A stretch of 64,000 bases of DNA. It comes from Candidatus Magasanikiibacteriota bacterium (GTDB taxonomy: Bacteria > Patescibacteriota > Patescibacteriia > Magasanikbacterales > UBA922). A program made the position numbers and the translations under genes. Shown piece by piece: positions 51,160-61,382 of the stretch. Location of the stretch: assembly GCA_021648085.1 (NCBI GenBank), contig JAKITS010000001.1, positions 915,201 to 979,200 of the forward strand, in the 5' to 3' direction. The notes beneath the pieces are model-generated. The model was not told where the DNA came from, did not search any database, and worked only from the letters and a program-made list of their open reading frames with translations. Positions within the stretch are counted from its first letter, which is position 1; every line of letters starts with the position of its first letter.

Positions 51160-52335
51160 ATGCGTTTTATAAAAGAAGTAGAGAGTATTGATGGAAAGAG
51201 GGTTTTGGTTCGTGTAGATTTCAATTTACCTATTAAAAATAAGAAAATTGTGGATAATTCTAGGATTTTAGCGTCTTTACCAACTATAAAATATTTAAGT
51301 GAAAACGGTGCAAAAGTGATAATAATTAGTCATTTGGGGCGACCAGAAGGAAAAATCGATGAAAATTTGCGTTTAGATGGTGTTGCTGAGGAATTTTCAG
51401 GTTTATTTGGAAAAAAAATAAAGAAATTTTTAGATTATTTTGGAGAAGAGGTAAAAACAGGAATTGACGAAATGCAAAACGGGGAAGTGGTAATGCTAGA
51501 AAATATAAGATTTTCACCAGACGAAAAAGATAATAAAGGAACTTTGGCAAAAGATTTGGCAAGTTTGGCGGATGTTTTTGTTTTGGATGCTTTTTCTGTT
51601 ACTCATAGAGCAGATGCTTCTGTAGTTGGAATTGCAGAATTTATTCCAAGTTATGCTGGATTTTTGATTGAAAAAGAATTGAAAAATTTAAATAAAGTTT
51701 TAGAAAATCCAGAAAAACCATTTGTGGTAGTTTTGGGTGGTGCAAAAGTTGAAACAAAATTACATTTGATAGAAGGTTTGTCCAATTTGGCAGATTTGTT
51801 TTTGGTTGGTGGTGCGATTGCAAATAGTTTTTTAAAGAAAAAAGGTTTTGGGGTTGGAAATTCTTTGGAAGTAGGTTTTGAAAATGAAAAAATAATGAGT
51901 CTACTTGAAGAAAAAACAATAATTTTACCTGTTGATGTTGTTGTTGGAAAAAAAGATGGAACAGATTTTAGAGTGGTAAAAATAGAAGAAAATCCACATA
52001 ATATTTGTTTGGAATCTGAAGGAATATTTGATATAGGACCAGAAACAATAAAAATATTTGCAAATAAAATGCAAAATGTAAAAATAATTTTGTGGAATGG
52101 TGCTATGGGTTATTTTGAACAAAAACCTTATAATGAAGGTACAGATAAATTGGTAAAAATAATTGTAAAAAACTCAAAAAAAGGAGCTTTTAGTATTGTT
52201 GGTGGTGGAGAAACTATAGAAAGTATAAAAAAATTAAGTTTTGAAAAAGAAATTGATTTTATTTCTATGGGCGGTGGCGCAATGTTGGAATATCTGTCTG
52301 GAAAAAGTTTACCAGGTTTGAAAGCACTTCAATAG
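51160..52335 (+). CDS. pgk: Phosphoglycerate kinase
   Basis: …RVDFNLPI… N-terminal motif and the hinge-region glycine-rich motifs. Confidence 0.9.
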   Translation: MRFIKEVESIDGKRVLVRVDFNLPIKNKKIVDNSRILASLPTIKYLSENGAKVIIISHLGRPEGKIDENLRLDGVAEEFSGLFGKKIKKFLDYFGEEVKTGIDEMQNGEVVMLENIRFSPDEKDNKGTLAKDLASLADVFVLDAFSVTHRADASVVGIAEFIPSYAGFLIEKELKNLNKVLENPEKPFVVVLGGAKVETKLHLIEGLSNLADLFLVGGAIANSFLKKKGFGVGNSLEVGFENEKIMSLLEEKTIILPVDVVVGKKDGTDFRVVKIEENPHNICLESEGIFDIGPETIKIFANKMQNVKIILWNGAMGYFEQKPYNEGTDKLVKIIVKNSKKGAFSIVGGGETIESIKKLSFEKEIDFISMGGGAMLEYLSGKSLPGLKALQ

Positions 52336-52396
52336 TTTTATTTGTTGGAGTTGGAAAATAGGTTTATAATATACATATAAAATTAATTATAAAAAT

Positions 52397-53215
52397 ATGC
52401 CTGTCTTAAAAAATGGACCGAAAATTTTGGAAAAAATGAAAATGAATAAGTGTGAGTCTCACTCAAAAAGTTTAACTAAAAAAATAATTGGAGTTTTTCT
52501 TGCTATTTTACTGTTGTATCTTATTGTGTTGGTTGGCACAATGATTAGAAATAATACCCAAAAATATCATTATATTGGGCAGGCAGATCGTGCTGAAAGA
52601 ACAATAAATATCTCAGCATCAGGAAAAGCTGTTGTAACACCAGACATAGCAACAATTACAATGGGTATTGTTTCAGAAAGTGAAACAGTTGTAGAGGCAC
52701 AAGAAAAAAACACCTTAATAATGAATAGGTTATTTATTCAGTTAGATGAGTTGGGAATTGAAAGAAGAGATGTAAAAACACAGGACTATTCTGTTTATCC
52801 AATGTATAACTACAAAGAAGGGGATAGAGAATTGACGGGTTATACTGTAAACCAAGATGTGGTTGTAAAGGTTAGAAATGTAGATAATTCAGGAAAAGTT
52901 CTGGCTTTGGTTGGAGAGCTTGGGTTGAACAGGGTTGGTGGAGTTAGTTTTTCAATTGATGACACAGAGGTTTATAAAAATGAAGCACGACAAGATGCTT
53001 TAAAAAATGCTCTTGAAAAAGCTAAAATAATTGCAAAAACACTAGGTCTGGAGGTTGTTGGCGTAGTCTCATATAATGAGTACGAACAAAGTGGAATTGT
53101 TCCTTATTATGCTAAACTTGAGTCAGGTTTTGGTGGGGATGCCTCTGAGCCAAATATTGAAACTGGAACTTCAGATGTGGTTATGAATATAAATGTTTTG
53201 TTTGAAATAAGATAA
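52397..53215 (+). CDS. SIMPL/DUF541-domain protein, membrane-anchored
   Basis: N-terminal TM. …[16 protein letters not shown]…[13 protein letters not shown]…[18 protein letters not shown]… is the DUF541 pattern. Confidence 0.65.
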   Translation: MPVLKNGPKILEKMKMNKCESHSKSLTKKIIGVFLAILLLYLIVLVGTMIRNNTQKYHYIGQADRAERTINISASGKAVVTPDIATITMGIVSESETVVEAQEKNTLIMNRLFIQLDELGIERRDVKTQDYSVYPMYNYKEGDRELTGYTVNQDVVVKVRNVDNSGKVLALVGELGLNRVGGVSFSIDDTEVYKNEARQDALKNALEKAKIIAKTLGLEVVGVVSYNEYEQSGIVPYYAKLESGFGGDASEPNIETGTSDVVMNINVLFEIR

Positions 53216-53217
53216 TT

Positions 53218-54474
53218 ATGAGTAAAAAAACTAATATAAAATCTGTAAAAGCAAGGGAGATATTAGATTCACGAGGAAACCCAACTATCGAGACAGAGGT
53301 TTTATTGGTCGATGGTTCTATTGGTATTGCCTGTGTTCCGAGTGGTGCCTCTACTGGAATTCATGAAGCTGTGGAGCTTCGAGATGGTGGAAAAAGATAT
53401 GGTGGAAAAGGGGTTTTGAAAGCTGTTGAAAATGTAAATAAAAAAATCAACAAACTCTTGAAAGGTGAGGACGCTAGTAAACAAAGAGAATTGGATAGAT
53501 TAATGATAGAATTGGATGGAACAGAAAACAAAAGTAAACTTGGTGCAAATGCTATTTTGGCGGTTTCTTTGGCTTCTGCTAGAGCTTGTGCAAATTCCAA
53601 AAAAGTTCCACTTTATAAATATATTCGTAGTGCTTTTAAACTTCAAGAAAAAACTTGGGTAATGCCGATACCTACTATGAATGTGTTGAATGGGGGGAGG
53701 CATGCAGACAATAAACTTTCTGTGCAGGAGTTTATGCTTGTGCCTGTAAAAGGAAGTTTTGCAGAAAAAGTAATGGTCGGATCAGAAATATTTCAGACTT
53801 TAAAAGTATTATTGAAAGAGAAAAAATTAAATACTGCCGTTGGAGATGAGGGTGGTTTTGCACCAAACTTAACTTTTAATGAGGAGGCGTTAAAATTATT
53901 AATGAAAGCTATTAAAAAAGCTGGATATATTGCTGGGAAAGATGTAATGCTTGCTTCAGACATTGCAGCTTCAGAATTTTATAAAGATAGAAAATATTTT
54001 TTTAACAGCTCAAAAATAGGGATAAAAGCAGAAGAAATGATGAAAATTTTATCAGGTTGGATTAAAAAATATCCTTTTATTTCTTTGGAAGATCCTTTTG
54101 CAGAAGATGATTGGGAAAATTGGGCAAGTTTTACTCGTGAAGTTGGAAAAAAAGTTGCTATTATTGGAGACGATCTTTTTGTGACAAATGTAAAAAGATT
54201 GAAAAAAGGAATAGATAGAAAAGTTGGAAATGCAATTTTAATTAAATTAAATCAAATAGGAACACTTAGTCAAACGATAGATGCAATTTATCTGGCAAAG
54301 AAAAATAAGTACAAAGTTTCAGTTTCTCACAGATCTGGAGAAACTTGCGATACTTTTATTGCAGATTTGTCTGTGGCAGTAAACGCGGATTTTATAAAAA
54401 CAGGTTCTCTTTCTCGTTCGGAGCGTGTGGGAAAATACAACAGATTGATGAAGATTGAAAGTGAATTAAAATAA
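53218..54474 (+). CDS. eno: Enolase
   Basis: …[14 protein letters not shown]… N-terminus and [10 protein letters not shown] near the C-terminus. Confidence 0.95.
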   Translation: MSKKTNIKSVKAREILDSRGNPTIETEVLLVDGSIGIACVPSGASTGIHEAVELRDGGKRYGGKGVLKAVENVNKKINKLLKGEDASKQRELDRLMIELDGTENKSKLGANAILAVSLASARACANSKKVPLYKYIRSAFKLQEKTWVMPIPTMNVLNGGRHADNKLSVQEFMLVPVKGSFAEKVMVGSEIFQTLKVLLKEKKLNTAVGDEGGFAPNLTFNEEALKLLMKAIKKAGYIAGKDVMLASDIAASEFYKDRKYFFNSSKIGIKAEEMMKILSGWIKKYPFISLEDPFAEDDWENWASFTREVGKKVAIIGDDLFVTNVKRLKKGIDRKVGNAILIKLNQIGTLSQTIDAIYLAKKNKYKVSVSHRSGETCDTFIADLSVAVNADFIKTGSLSRSERVGKYNRLMKIESELK

Positions 54475-54476
54475 TT

Positions 54477-56045
54477 ATGTCAAAAATTAAAGATAAAAAA
54501 CTTACGGTTTTGGTTATTTTGGATGGGTTTGGTTTGACTGGGTTTAAGAATATTGGAAATGCTATTACACCAAAAACTGCTCCAAATATTTTTAAGTATA
54601 TAAAAAAATATCCAAGTACAGAATTGAAAGCATCTGGTGTAAGTGTTGGTTTGCGTTCTGGTCAAAAAGGAAATTCCGAAGCAGGACACTTTAATATAGG
54701 CGCAGGAAGAATTGTTGAGCAGGATTTAATGATAATATCAAAAGCAATAAAAGATGGTACTTTTTTCAAAAATTTAGCTTTCAAGCAGGCACTTTTTCAC
54801 GCAAAAAAATATAATTCTACTGTGCATATTTTTGGACTTTTAACCAATGGACATTCTGCACACGCTTGCCCAGATCATTTATACGAGCTTTTAAATTTTT
54901 TTAGAAGAGAAGAGTATAAAAAAATCTCATTACACTTATTTACAGATGGTAGAGATGCACCTCCTAATTCTGCAATAAAGTATTTAAAGAAATTAAAAAA
55001 ATATTTAAAAAATGGAGAAAAAATAGCCAGTATAAGTGGTCGTTTTTATTCTATGGATAGAAATAAGGTCTGGGAAAGAACAGAAAAAACTTACAATTTG
55101 ATAGTTTCTGGAGAAGCTAAATATACAGCAGTAAGTGCAGAGGAAGCCATAAATAAAGCATACAAAAGAGGGGAAACAGATGAATTTATTCATCCAACAG
55201 TTTTAATAAATAAAAAAAGAAAACCAATATCAAAAATAAAAGATAACGATGTGGTATATTTTTATAATGCAAGAAGTGATAGAGCAAGACAGCTTACAAA
55301 AGCTTTTGTACAAAAGGATTTCATAAAGCACAATAAAGGTGCATTTAAGAGGAAAAATAAACCAAAAAATATTCGCTTTGTCGCGATGACAGATTTTGGG
55401 CCAGATTTAGAAGGTGTTTTAACTGCGTTTCCTAGTCCAGATATAAAAATGCCGCTAGCAAAAGCAATTGGAGAGGAATATAAACAACTTTATATATCAG
55501 AAACAGAGAAATATGCACATATTACATATTTTATAAATGGAGGTTATGCTGGTGCGGTAAATGGTGAAGATAGGGAAATGATAAGATCGGGCTGTCACTA
55601 TTCTTATTCAGAAAAGCCACAGATGCATTGTAAAAATTTAACTAGTATTATTTTGGATTATATTAAAAAAGATAAATATAATTTTATTTGTGTAAATTAT
55701 CCAAATGCGGATATTGTTGCACATACTGGAAATTTTAAATCTGCAAAAAAAGCATTAGGATTTCTGGATAAACAGATAAAACGACTAGTAAAAGGTGTTT
55801 TAAAAAAGAATGGGCAGGTGTTAATTATTGCAGATCATGGTAATGCTGAAGAAATGATTTACAAAAAAACAAAAGGAGTTAGAACAGAACACACAACAAA
55901 CCCTGTCCCTTGTATTTTTATTAAGAAAAAAGTAAAAGATATAGAATTGAAAACAGGAGGAAAACTTGCCGATGTTGCACCAACGCTATTAAAAATAATG
56001 GATATTAAAAAACCAAAGGAGATGACCGGTAAATCTTTAATTTAA
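54477..56045 (+). CDS. gpmI: 2,3-bisphosphoglycerate-independent phosphoglycerate mutase, paralogue 1
   Basis: ILDGFG, GNSEAGHFNIGAGR, VAHTGN and IADHGNAEEM are iPGM metal and catalytic-Ser motifs. Confidence 0.85.
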   Translation: MSKIKDKKLTVLVILDGFGLTGFKNIGNAITPKTAPNIFKYIKKYPSTELKASGVSVGLRSGQKGNSEAGHFNIGAGRIVEQDLMIISKAIKDGTFFKNLAFKQALFHAKKYNSTVHIFGLLTNGHSAHACPDHLYELLNFFRREEYKKISLHLFTDGRDAPPNSAIKYLKKLKKYLKNGEKIASISGRFYSMDRNKVWERTEKTYNLIVSGEAKYTAVSAEEAINKAYKRGETDEFIHPTVLINKKRKPISKIKDNDVVYFYNARSDRARQLTKAFVQKDFIKHNKGAFKRKNKPKNIRFVAMTDFGPDLEGVLTAFPSPDIKMPLAKAIGEEYKQLYISETEKYAHITYFINGGYAGAVNGEDREMIRSGCHYSYSEKPQMHCKNLTSIILDYIKKDKYNFICVNYPNADIVAHTGNFKSAKKALGFLDKQIKRLVKGVLKKNGQVLIIADHGNAEEMIYKKTKGVRTEHTTNPVPCIFIKKKVKDIELKTGGKLADVAPTLLKIMDIKKPKEMTGKSLI

Positions 56046-56055
56046 ATATAATTTT

Positions 56056-57639
56056 ATGGCAGATAGACCAAAGCCAGTTGTGTTGGCTGTATTAGATGGT
56101 TGGGGTGTTGCCCCAGATCACAAAGGAAACGCAATTACACAAGGAAAAACACCAAGTTTTGACAAATTTATAAAAGAGTACCCAGTGATGACTATTTCGG
56201 CATCTAGTTCAGAGGTCGGTCTTTCTTATGGGGAAATGGGAAATTCAGAAGTTGGGCATTTGAATATTGGGGCTGGAAGAGTTTATTACCAAACTTTTCC
56301 AAGAATAAACAAGAGTATTGAAGAGGGTGATTTTTTTGAAAATGAAGCTTTTTTAAAAGTTGCTGAGCAGGTAAAAAATAATAAGTCATCACTTCATTTG
56401 ATAGGTTTGGTAAGTCCTGGAAATGTGCATGCAGCAGACAAACATTGTTATGCTCTCTTGGAGTTTGCAAAAAAACAAAAAATCAAAAAAGTTTTTGTGC
56501 ATGTAATTATGGATGGTCGCGATGCGTTGTATAATGCTGGAATTCAATTTGTACAAGAACTTCAAACAAAAATGAAAGAAATTGGTGTTGGAAAAATTGC
56601 GTCTTTGTCTGGAAGATATTTTGCATTGGATAGGGACAGTAGATGGGATAGAGTAGAAAAAGCATATAGAGCAATGGTAGAAGGTGTCGCTGAAAATTAT
56701 ACAACAGACCCTTTAAAAACAATTCAGGAGTTTTATGATAAAGAAATTTTTGATGAAGAATTTCCACCAACTGTAATTGGAAAAGAGGGAAAACCAGAAA
56801 CCACAATAAAAAGTGAAGATGGTGTAATATTCTTTAATTTTAGACCAGATAGAGCACGGCAGCTTACTCAATCTTTTGTCTTGCCTGGATTTGATAAATT
56901 TGAAAGAGAATATATAAAAGGTTTATCTTTTACGACCATGACTGAATATGAAAAAGAACTTCCTGTTGATGTTGCTTTTCCACCAGATATTGTAAGAAAT
57001 TGCTTGGCAGAAGTTGTGAGCAGAGCTGGTTTGAAACAATTTCATATAGCAGAAACAGAAAAATATGCGCATATTACTTTTTTCTTGAATGGAACTGTTG
57101 AGGATCCATTTGAAAATGAAGATAGAGAAATAGTACCGTCGCCAAAAGTAGCTTCGTATGACAAAGCTCCAGAAATGTCTGCTCCAGAAATCACAAAAAA
57201 AGTTATAAAAGCAATTGAGTCAGATAAATACGATGTAATATTTATGAATTTTGCCAATGCGGACATGGTAAGCCATACGGGGGACTTAGGAGCTACAAAA
57301 CTTGCAGTAGAAATAGTAGATAAAGGGCTTGGGCAAATAGCAGAGTATGTACTTGCAAAAGACGGCGTAATGCTCATTACAGCCGACCATGGAAACGCTG
57401 AAGAGGTGGTAAATTTGCAGACTGGCGATAAAGTAAAAGAACATAGTACAAATCCTGTACCATTTATAATTATTGGTAATAATTATAAAGGACAGGCTGG
57501 TCCAGCAGGAGATCCGCCAGAAGGAGATTTGAGTCTTATGACTTCAGTTGGCATGCTTGCAGATGTAGCACCAACAGTTTTGAAGATTTTAGAAATAGAG
57601 CAACCACCGGAGATGACAGGCCAGTCACTATTACCTTGA
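56056..57639 (+). CDS. gpmI: 2,3-bisphosphoglycerate-independent phosphoglycerate mutase, paralogue 2
   Basis: VLDGWGV, GNSEVGHLNIGAGR, VSHTGD and TADHGNAEEV. About 35-40% identity to paralogue 1 by eye. Confidence 0.85.
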   Translation: MADRPKPVVLAVLDGWGVAPDHKGNAITQGKTPSFDKFIKEYPVMTISASSSEVGLSYGEMGNSEVGHLNIGAGRVYYQTFPRINKSIEEGDFFENEAFLKVAEQVKNNKSSLHLIGLVSPGNVHAADKHCYALLEFAKKQKIKKVFVHVIMDGRDALYNAGIQFVQELQTKMKEIGVGKIASLSGRYFALDRDSRWDRVEKAYRAMVEGVAENYTTDPLKTIQEFYDKEIFDEEFPPTVIGKEGKPETTIKSEDGVIFFNFRPDRARQLTQSFVLPGFDKFEREYIKGLSFTTMTEYEKELPVDVAFPPDIVRNCLAEVVSRAGLKQFHIAETEKYAHITFFLNGTVEDPFENEDREIVPSPKVASYDKAPEMSAPEITKKVIKAIESDKYDVIFMNFANADMVSHTGDLGATKLAVEIVDKGLGQIAEYVLAKDGVMLITADHGNAEEVVNLQTGDKVKEHSTNPVPFIIIGNNYKGQAGPAGDPPEGDLSLMTSVGMLADVAPTVLKILEIEQPPEMTGQSLLP

Positions 57640-57717
57640 CGATGATATAATTTTGTGTGCATAATATAACTATGTTTAAAAAATAGACAGTGTTCACAAT
57701 CACAACAGGAGGGGAAA

Positions 57718-58419
57718 ATGCCAGAGTATATTCAAGGTGATAATCATTTTGCAAAATCCTATCAAGTTATGAAAGAGGTTTTGAGGGGTGATTATGTAGA
57801 GACTCCTTCTAGAATACCTTTTAGTACTCCAGAGGATAAAAATGGTGAACTTACTATTGTTTGTTCTTTAAAATTAGGAAATAGAACTGTAGAAATCAAT
57901 GAGAAACAGGGAGTTGGCACACTTCATGCTTTCTTTTTAGGTTTGCGTTCTGCTTTATTTGCAGATTTTCAAACTTTAAAAACTGTTACAACTCTTAGTT
58001 TTAAACAGGAGTCAATAGGTAGGCAAAATAGTATTTCTCGAAATCCAAAAAATGATAAATTGTATGAGTTTGGCTTTGGAGTAGCTGTTAAAACTAGTTT
58101 AACTATTAAAAATGGCAAAGGAAGTGAGTTTACTTTTGAAAAAACTTCTTTAGATTGTATTCAAGCACCACTTTTGTTGGTTTTGGAAGCTGTTTTATTT
58201 TTTGTAAATAGTGAAGAAGCTTACAGAAGAGCTAGGAGGAGATTTGCAGATAGTAAATCTGATTCTGGATATATTCAAGACAGTATTTTACCAACTTTGA
58301 CAAAGAATAATGATTATAGATGTATTGCTAAAAGCATAAGAGAAGAAGCAGACAAAGAGCGTGCAAAACTTCCAAAACAAGGAGGAATTGCAATGCCTTT
58401 GAAACATTATAATGACTAA
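57718..58419 (+). CDS. Hypothetical protein
   Basis: SD AGGAGGGG upstream. 233 aa with no motif recognised. Confidence 0.45.
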   Translation: MPEYIQGDNHFAKSYQVMKEVLRGDYVETPSRIPFSTPEDKNGELTIVCSLKLGNRTVEINEKQGVGTLHAFFLGLRSALFADFQTLKTVTTLSFKQESIGRQNSISRNPKNDKLYEFGFGVAVKTSLTIKNGKGSEFTFEKTSLDCIQAPLLLVLEAVLFFVNSEEAYRRARRRFADSKSDSGYIQDSILPTLTKNNDYRCIAKSIREEADKERAKLPKQGGIAMPLKHYND

Positions 58420-58444
58420 ACACACAAACCAAAAGGTATAAATC

Positions 58445-59170
58445 ATGAGAAAAGGGGTAAAGATTTTTTTGGCAATATCAGTATTTTTATTGTTTGGTTC
58501 TAGTTTTACTTTTGCAGAGGGGTTTAGACCTTCTATTGCTGTGCCAGATGATATAGATTTTCAAGATTTGGAAAAAGATACTTTGGAACAAGTCTTGCAA
58601 GAAGTAAAAGAAATAAAACAAGAATTGAAAGAATTAACAGTGGAATATAAAAAAGCCACAAAAGATACTACGGATTATATTTTTGTGAGTGGTAAACAGT
58701 GGAGTAAAACCACTACAAATTTGACGGCTTCGTTTATTATTATCGATGACTTGGAAGATAATTATTTTTTTATGATTGGATATTTGTATCCGCCAACAGA
58801 GTTAACAGATACAAAAGATCTTCCAAAGGATACGGCGTCAATTTCTTACCGCGAATTTAATATTCAAGGTTCTGCAAATTGGCTACCAATCCGTTGGAAT
58901 AATTTTGATAGTGTAAAGGATTATTGTAAGCTTGGTTTAGATTTTGGATTTGGTTTTTATTTCAATTGGCAGGCTGGATTGCGAATCAAAAACCATGAAG
59001 TTGGGCTTGGTTTAGACATAGAAATTCCAGATCCAGTTGTGAATTTGGAAGATGGTTTAGGTTTCCAAATTCTAATGGTAGGTACGATAAGCCATGCTGT
59101 GATTGTAAGCGGTTGTAGAGCAACTGCAGATTATTCTGCATGCTTCCTAACTGGAGGAGCACGCTTTTAA
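58445..59170 (+). CDS. Hypothetical secreted protein with signal peptide
   Basis: N-terminal MRKGVKIFLAISVFLLFGSSFTFA. Alternating hydrophobic, beta-rich C-terminal half. Confidence 0.45.
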   Translation: MRKGVKIFLAISVFLLFGSSFTFAEGFRPSIAVPDDIDFQDLEKDTLEQVLQEVKEIKQELKELTVEYKKATKDTTDYIFVSGKQWSKTTTNLTASFIIIDDLEDNYFFMIGYLYPPTELTDTKDLPKDTASISYREFNIQGSANWLPIRWNNFDSVKDYCKLGLDFGFGFYFNWQAGLRIKNHEVGLGLDIEIPDPVVNLEDGLGFQILMVGTISHAVIVSGCRATADYSACFLTGGARF

Positions 59171-59472
59171 TGAAAAAACAAAAGTTCTTCAAAAAACAAA
59201 ACTCCCTATTTTCAATAGGGAGTTTTTTAATTGAAATAATTAACAACTATCAATTAACAAAGAACAAAAGTAAAAGATGGACTAACGTTTTAATTTAATT
59301 GTTTATATTCTAATTATACTGCACAAGTATACCTTCGACTCCACTTCGTTCTGCTCAAGATGACGTAAAATAATCACGTTATCCTGAGCGAAATGTAGCG
59401 AAGCGGAATGCAGTCGAATGGATCTCGTTTTTGATTCACAATATTTTAAAAATAAAATTATATAGAAAAACA

Positions 59473-60642
59473 TTAAAGATTTTCTAATATTTTTTGTGTA
59501 ATTTTGTTTTCTGCATTTTTTAGTGTTTCGTTGGTCAAAACAAAACGAACTTCTGTAGAATTTCCTGTTGGTCTAAACTCTCTAGAAATTTTTATAGCAT
59601 TAAATGGTTTTACAGTTTTCAAAATTCCATATATTGAATTATTTTGTTTTGGATGTTCGTGCAAAAGTAGTACTATTTTTGCATCAGGTGAAGTTAGGAT
59701 TAAATCATCAAAAATATCATTTAAATCTTTCACATTTGTTCCAGTTCTTACAAAATTATCACTAGTAATGGTGGACCACACAAACTTTGACTCAATATTA
59801 TTTTGTAAATTTGTCAAAACATCTCCCCATAATTTTAATGTAGAAAGTTTTTTATTTTTGTATAAATTTTGTACAACTTCTTGCCTATTTGCTCCAAGTT
59901 TTATGAGTTGGCTTGCAATCATCAAGGTACGCGGACGAATTTTTGGAGATTGAAAACTTTTTGTATTTACAATCATTCCAGTAAGTAGCGCATTTGCAAT
60001 ATCACTATCCAAATGTTCTGAAGCCAACTTGTTGATAAGTAGATATACAGTTTCAGAGATAGAAGTAGATGTAATGTTTACAAAATTGATATGACCAAAA
60101 TGTTCATTTTCTGTACTAAATCCTACATTTAAAATCGGTGTATCGAAAAATAATTTTGTATTGTTTCTATAAATTTTTCCTAAAGATTCCAATTCTACTA
60201 CTCCAACCGTTACAATTAAATCGTATTTAAATTCAGTTGAACGCATTTTTATTTGGTCTGGCAAAAATGCTCCATTTTTTGGAGTGATAGAAATGCTCAA
60301 CTTATCACCAGCTACACTATAGTTTACTTCTTTTAGACCATTTTTTGTTAGATCTACTTTTATAATACATCTACGCAAATCTTCAAATTTTGAAGTTATT
60401 TTTTTTGTTTCTGGAAGAAAATTTAGCTGTTCAGGATTTTTAAAACTTTCTGATATAACATCTACATTTTTACCTAATTTTTTGAAAAACAAAGAAAGCG
60501 CAATCGAACTTGCGATAGCGTCGTGATTTCCATTTTTTGGGAAGCATACAAGTACATTCTTTTTATTCTCCAGTACTTGGTTAATTTGTTCTACTAATGT
60601 TAATACCATATTGGTGATATGTATAGTAGATAATATTATCAA
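59473..60642 (-). CDS. DHH-family NrnA-like protein with degenerate catalytic motifs
   Basis: …VCFPKNGNHDAIASSIALSL…GKNVDVIS aligns with NrnA H.HxxPDGDAIGS…L…G.nv. …EHFGHINFVNITSTSISETVYLL aligns with IDHHPNEDPYGDLLWVDTSASSVSEMIYEL, but DHH is replaced by EHF. The GGGH motif is not found. Confidence 0.45.
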   Translation of the reverse strand: MIILSTIHITNMVLTLVEQINQVLENKKNVLVCFPKNGNHDAIASSIALSLFFKKLGKNVDVISESFKNPEQLNFLPETKKITSKFEDLRRCIIKVDLTKNGLKEVNYSVAGDKLSISITPKNGAFLPDQIKMRSTEFKYDLIVTVGVVELESLGKIYRNNTKLFFDTPILNVGFSTENEHFGHINFVNITSTSISETVYLLINKLASEHLDSDIANALLTGMIVNTKSFQSPKIRPRTLMIASQLIKLGANRQEVVQNLYKNKKLSTLKLWGDVLTNLQNNIESKFVWSTITSDNFVRTGTNVKDLNDIFDDLILTSPDAKIVLLLHEHPKQNNSIYGILKTVKPFNAIKISREFRPTGNSTEVRFVLTNETLKNAENKITQKILENL

Positions 60643-61382
60643 TTTGTGAGCATAATGTCAAGCAGAAAAACAAAAAATAGTAAATAAATATGCCAAGTAT
60701 TTTTAATAAATAAAAAACCGTACTGCAAATAGTACGATTTTGTGAGTTTTAGAAAATTCTTTTTTCTCTTGCTTCTTTCTTTTCTCTTTCTTTTTGTGCT
60801 TTTTCTATATTTATTTCTTCTTGTTTGTGTTTTCTTCCATCAAGCCAAAAAGTTCGTGCAATTACAAATTCATATCCTGTCGTAAGTAAATCTCCAGTAT
60901 CTGGATTTCTTGGAAGGATAGATTCGATAGCTTGAGAAAATATAACACGGTCTTGACATTCTACAATTTCTTTCAATGTATTATTTCTATTATATATTTT
61001 TCCAATAAAAAAGTTATTCTATTTATCATAGTAAATCTATATCTTTTGTGTCCATCAAACCTACGAATTTCAAATTCACAAACTTGAATTTCTTCACCTT
61101 TAGAATTTTTTGAAAAATGATTTTTTGTAAAAGTCAGACCGAGCATAATTTTCTCCTTGTGGTACTGGTAAAATGAACCAATATTAAATTACCATTTTTT
61201 ACGTATTTTGTAAAGTTAAATAATCATTATTTTCCCTTTTTACAACTTTAACAACCGGAACAAGTGTAGCGATAGAACATTTAGAACACTTATTAGTTGA
61301 TTTTTTAGTGAATTTCTTTTAAACTACAAGGAGAAATGAGATTAAACTTGAAAATACATCTTTACTGAATACAAAAATTGTT

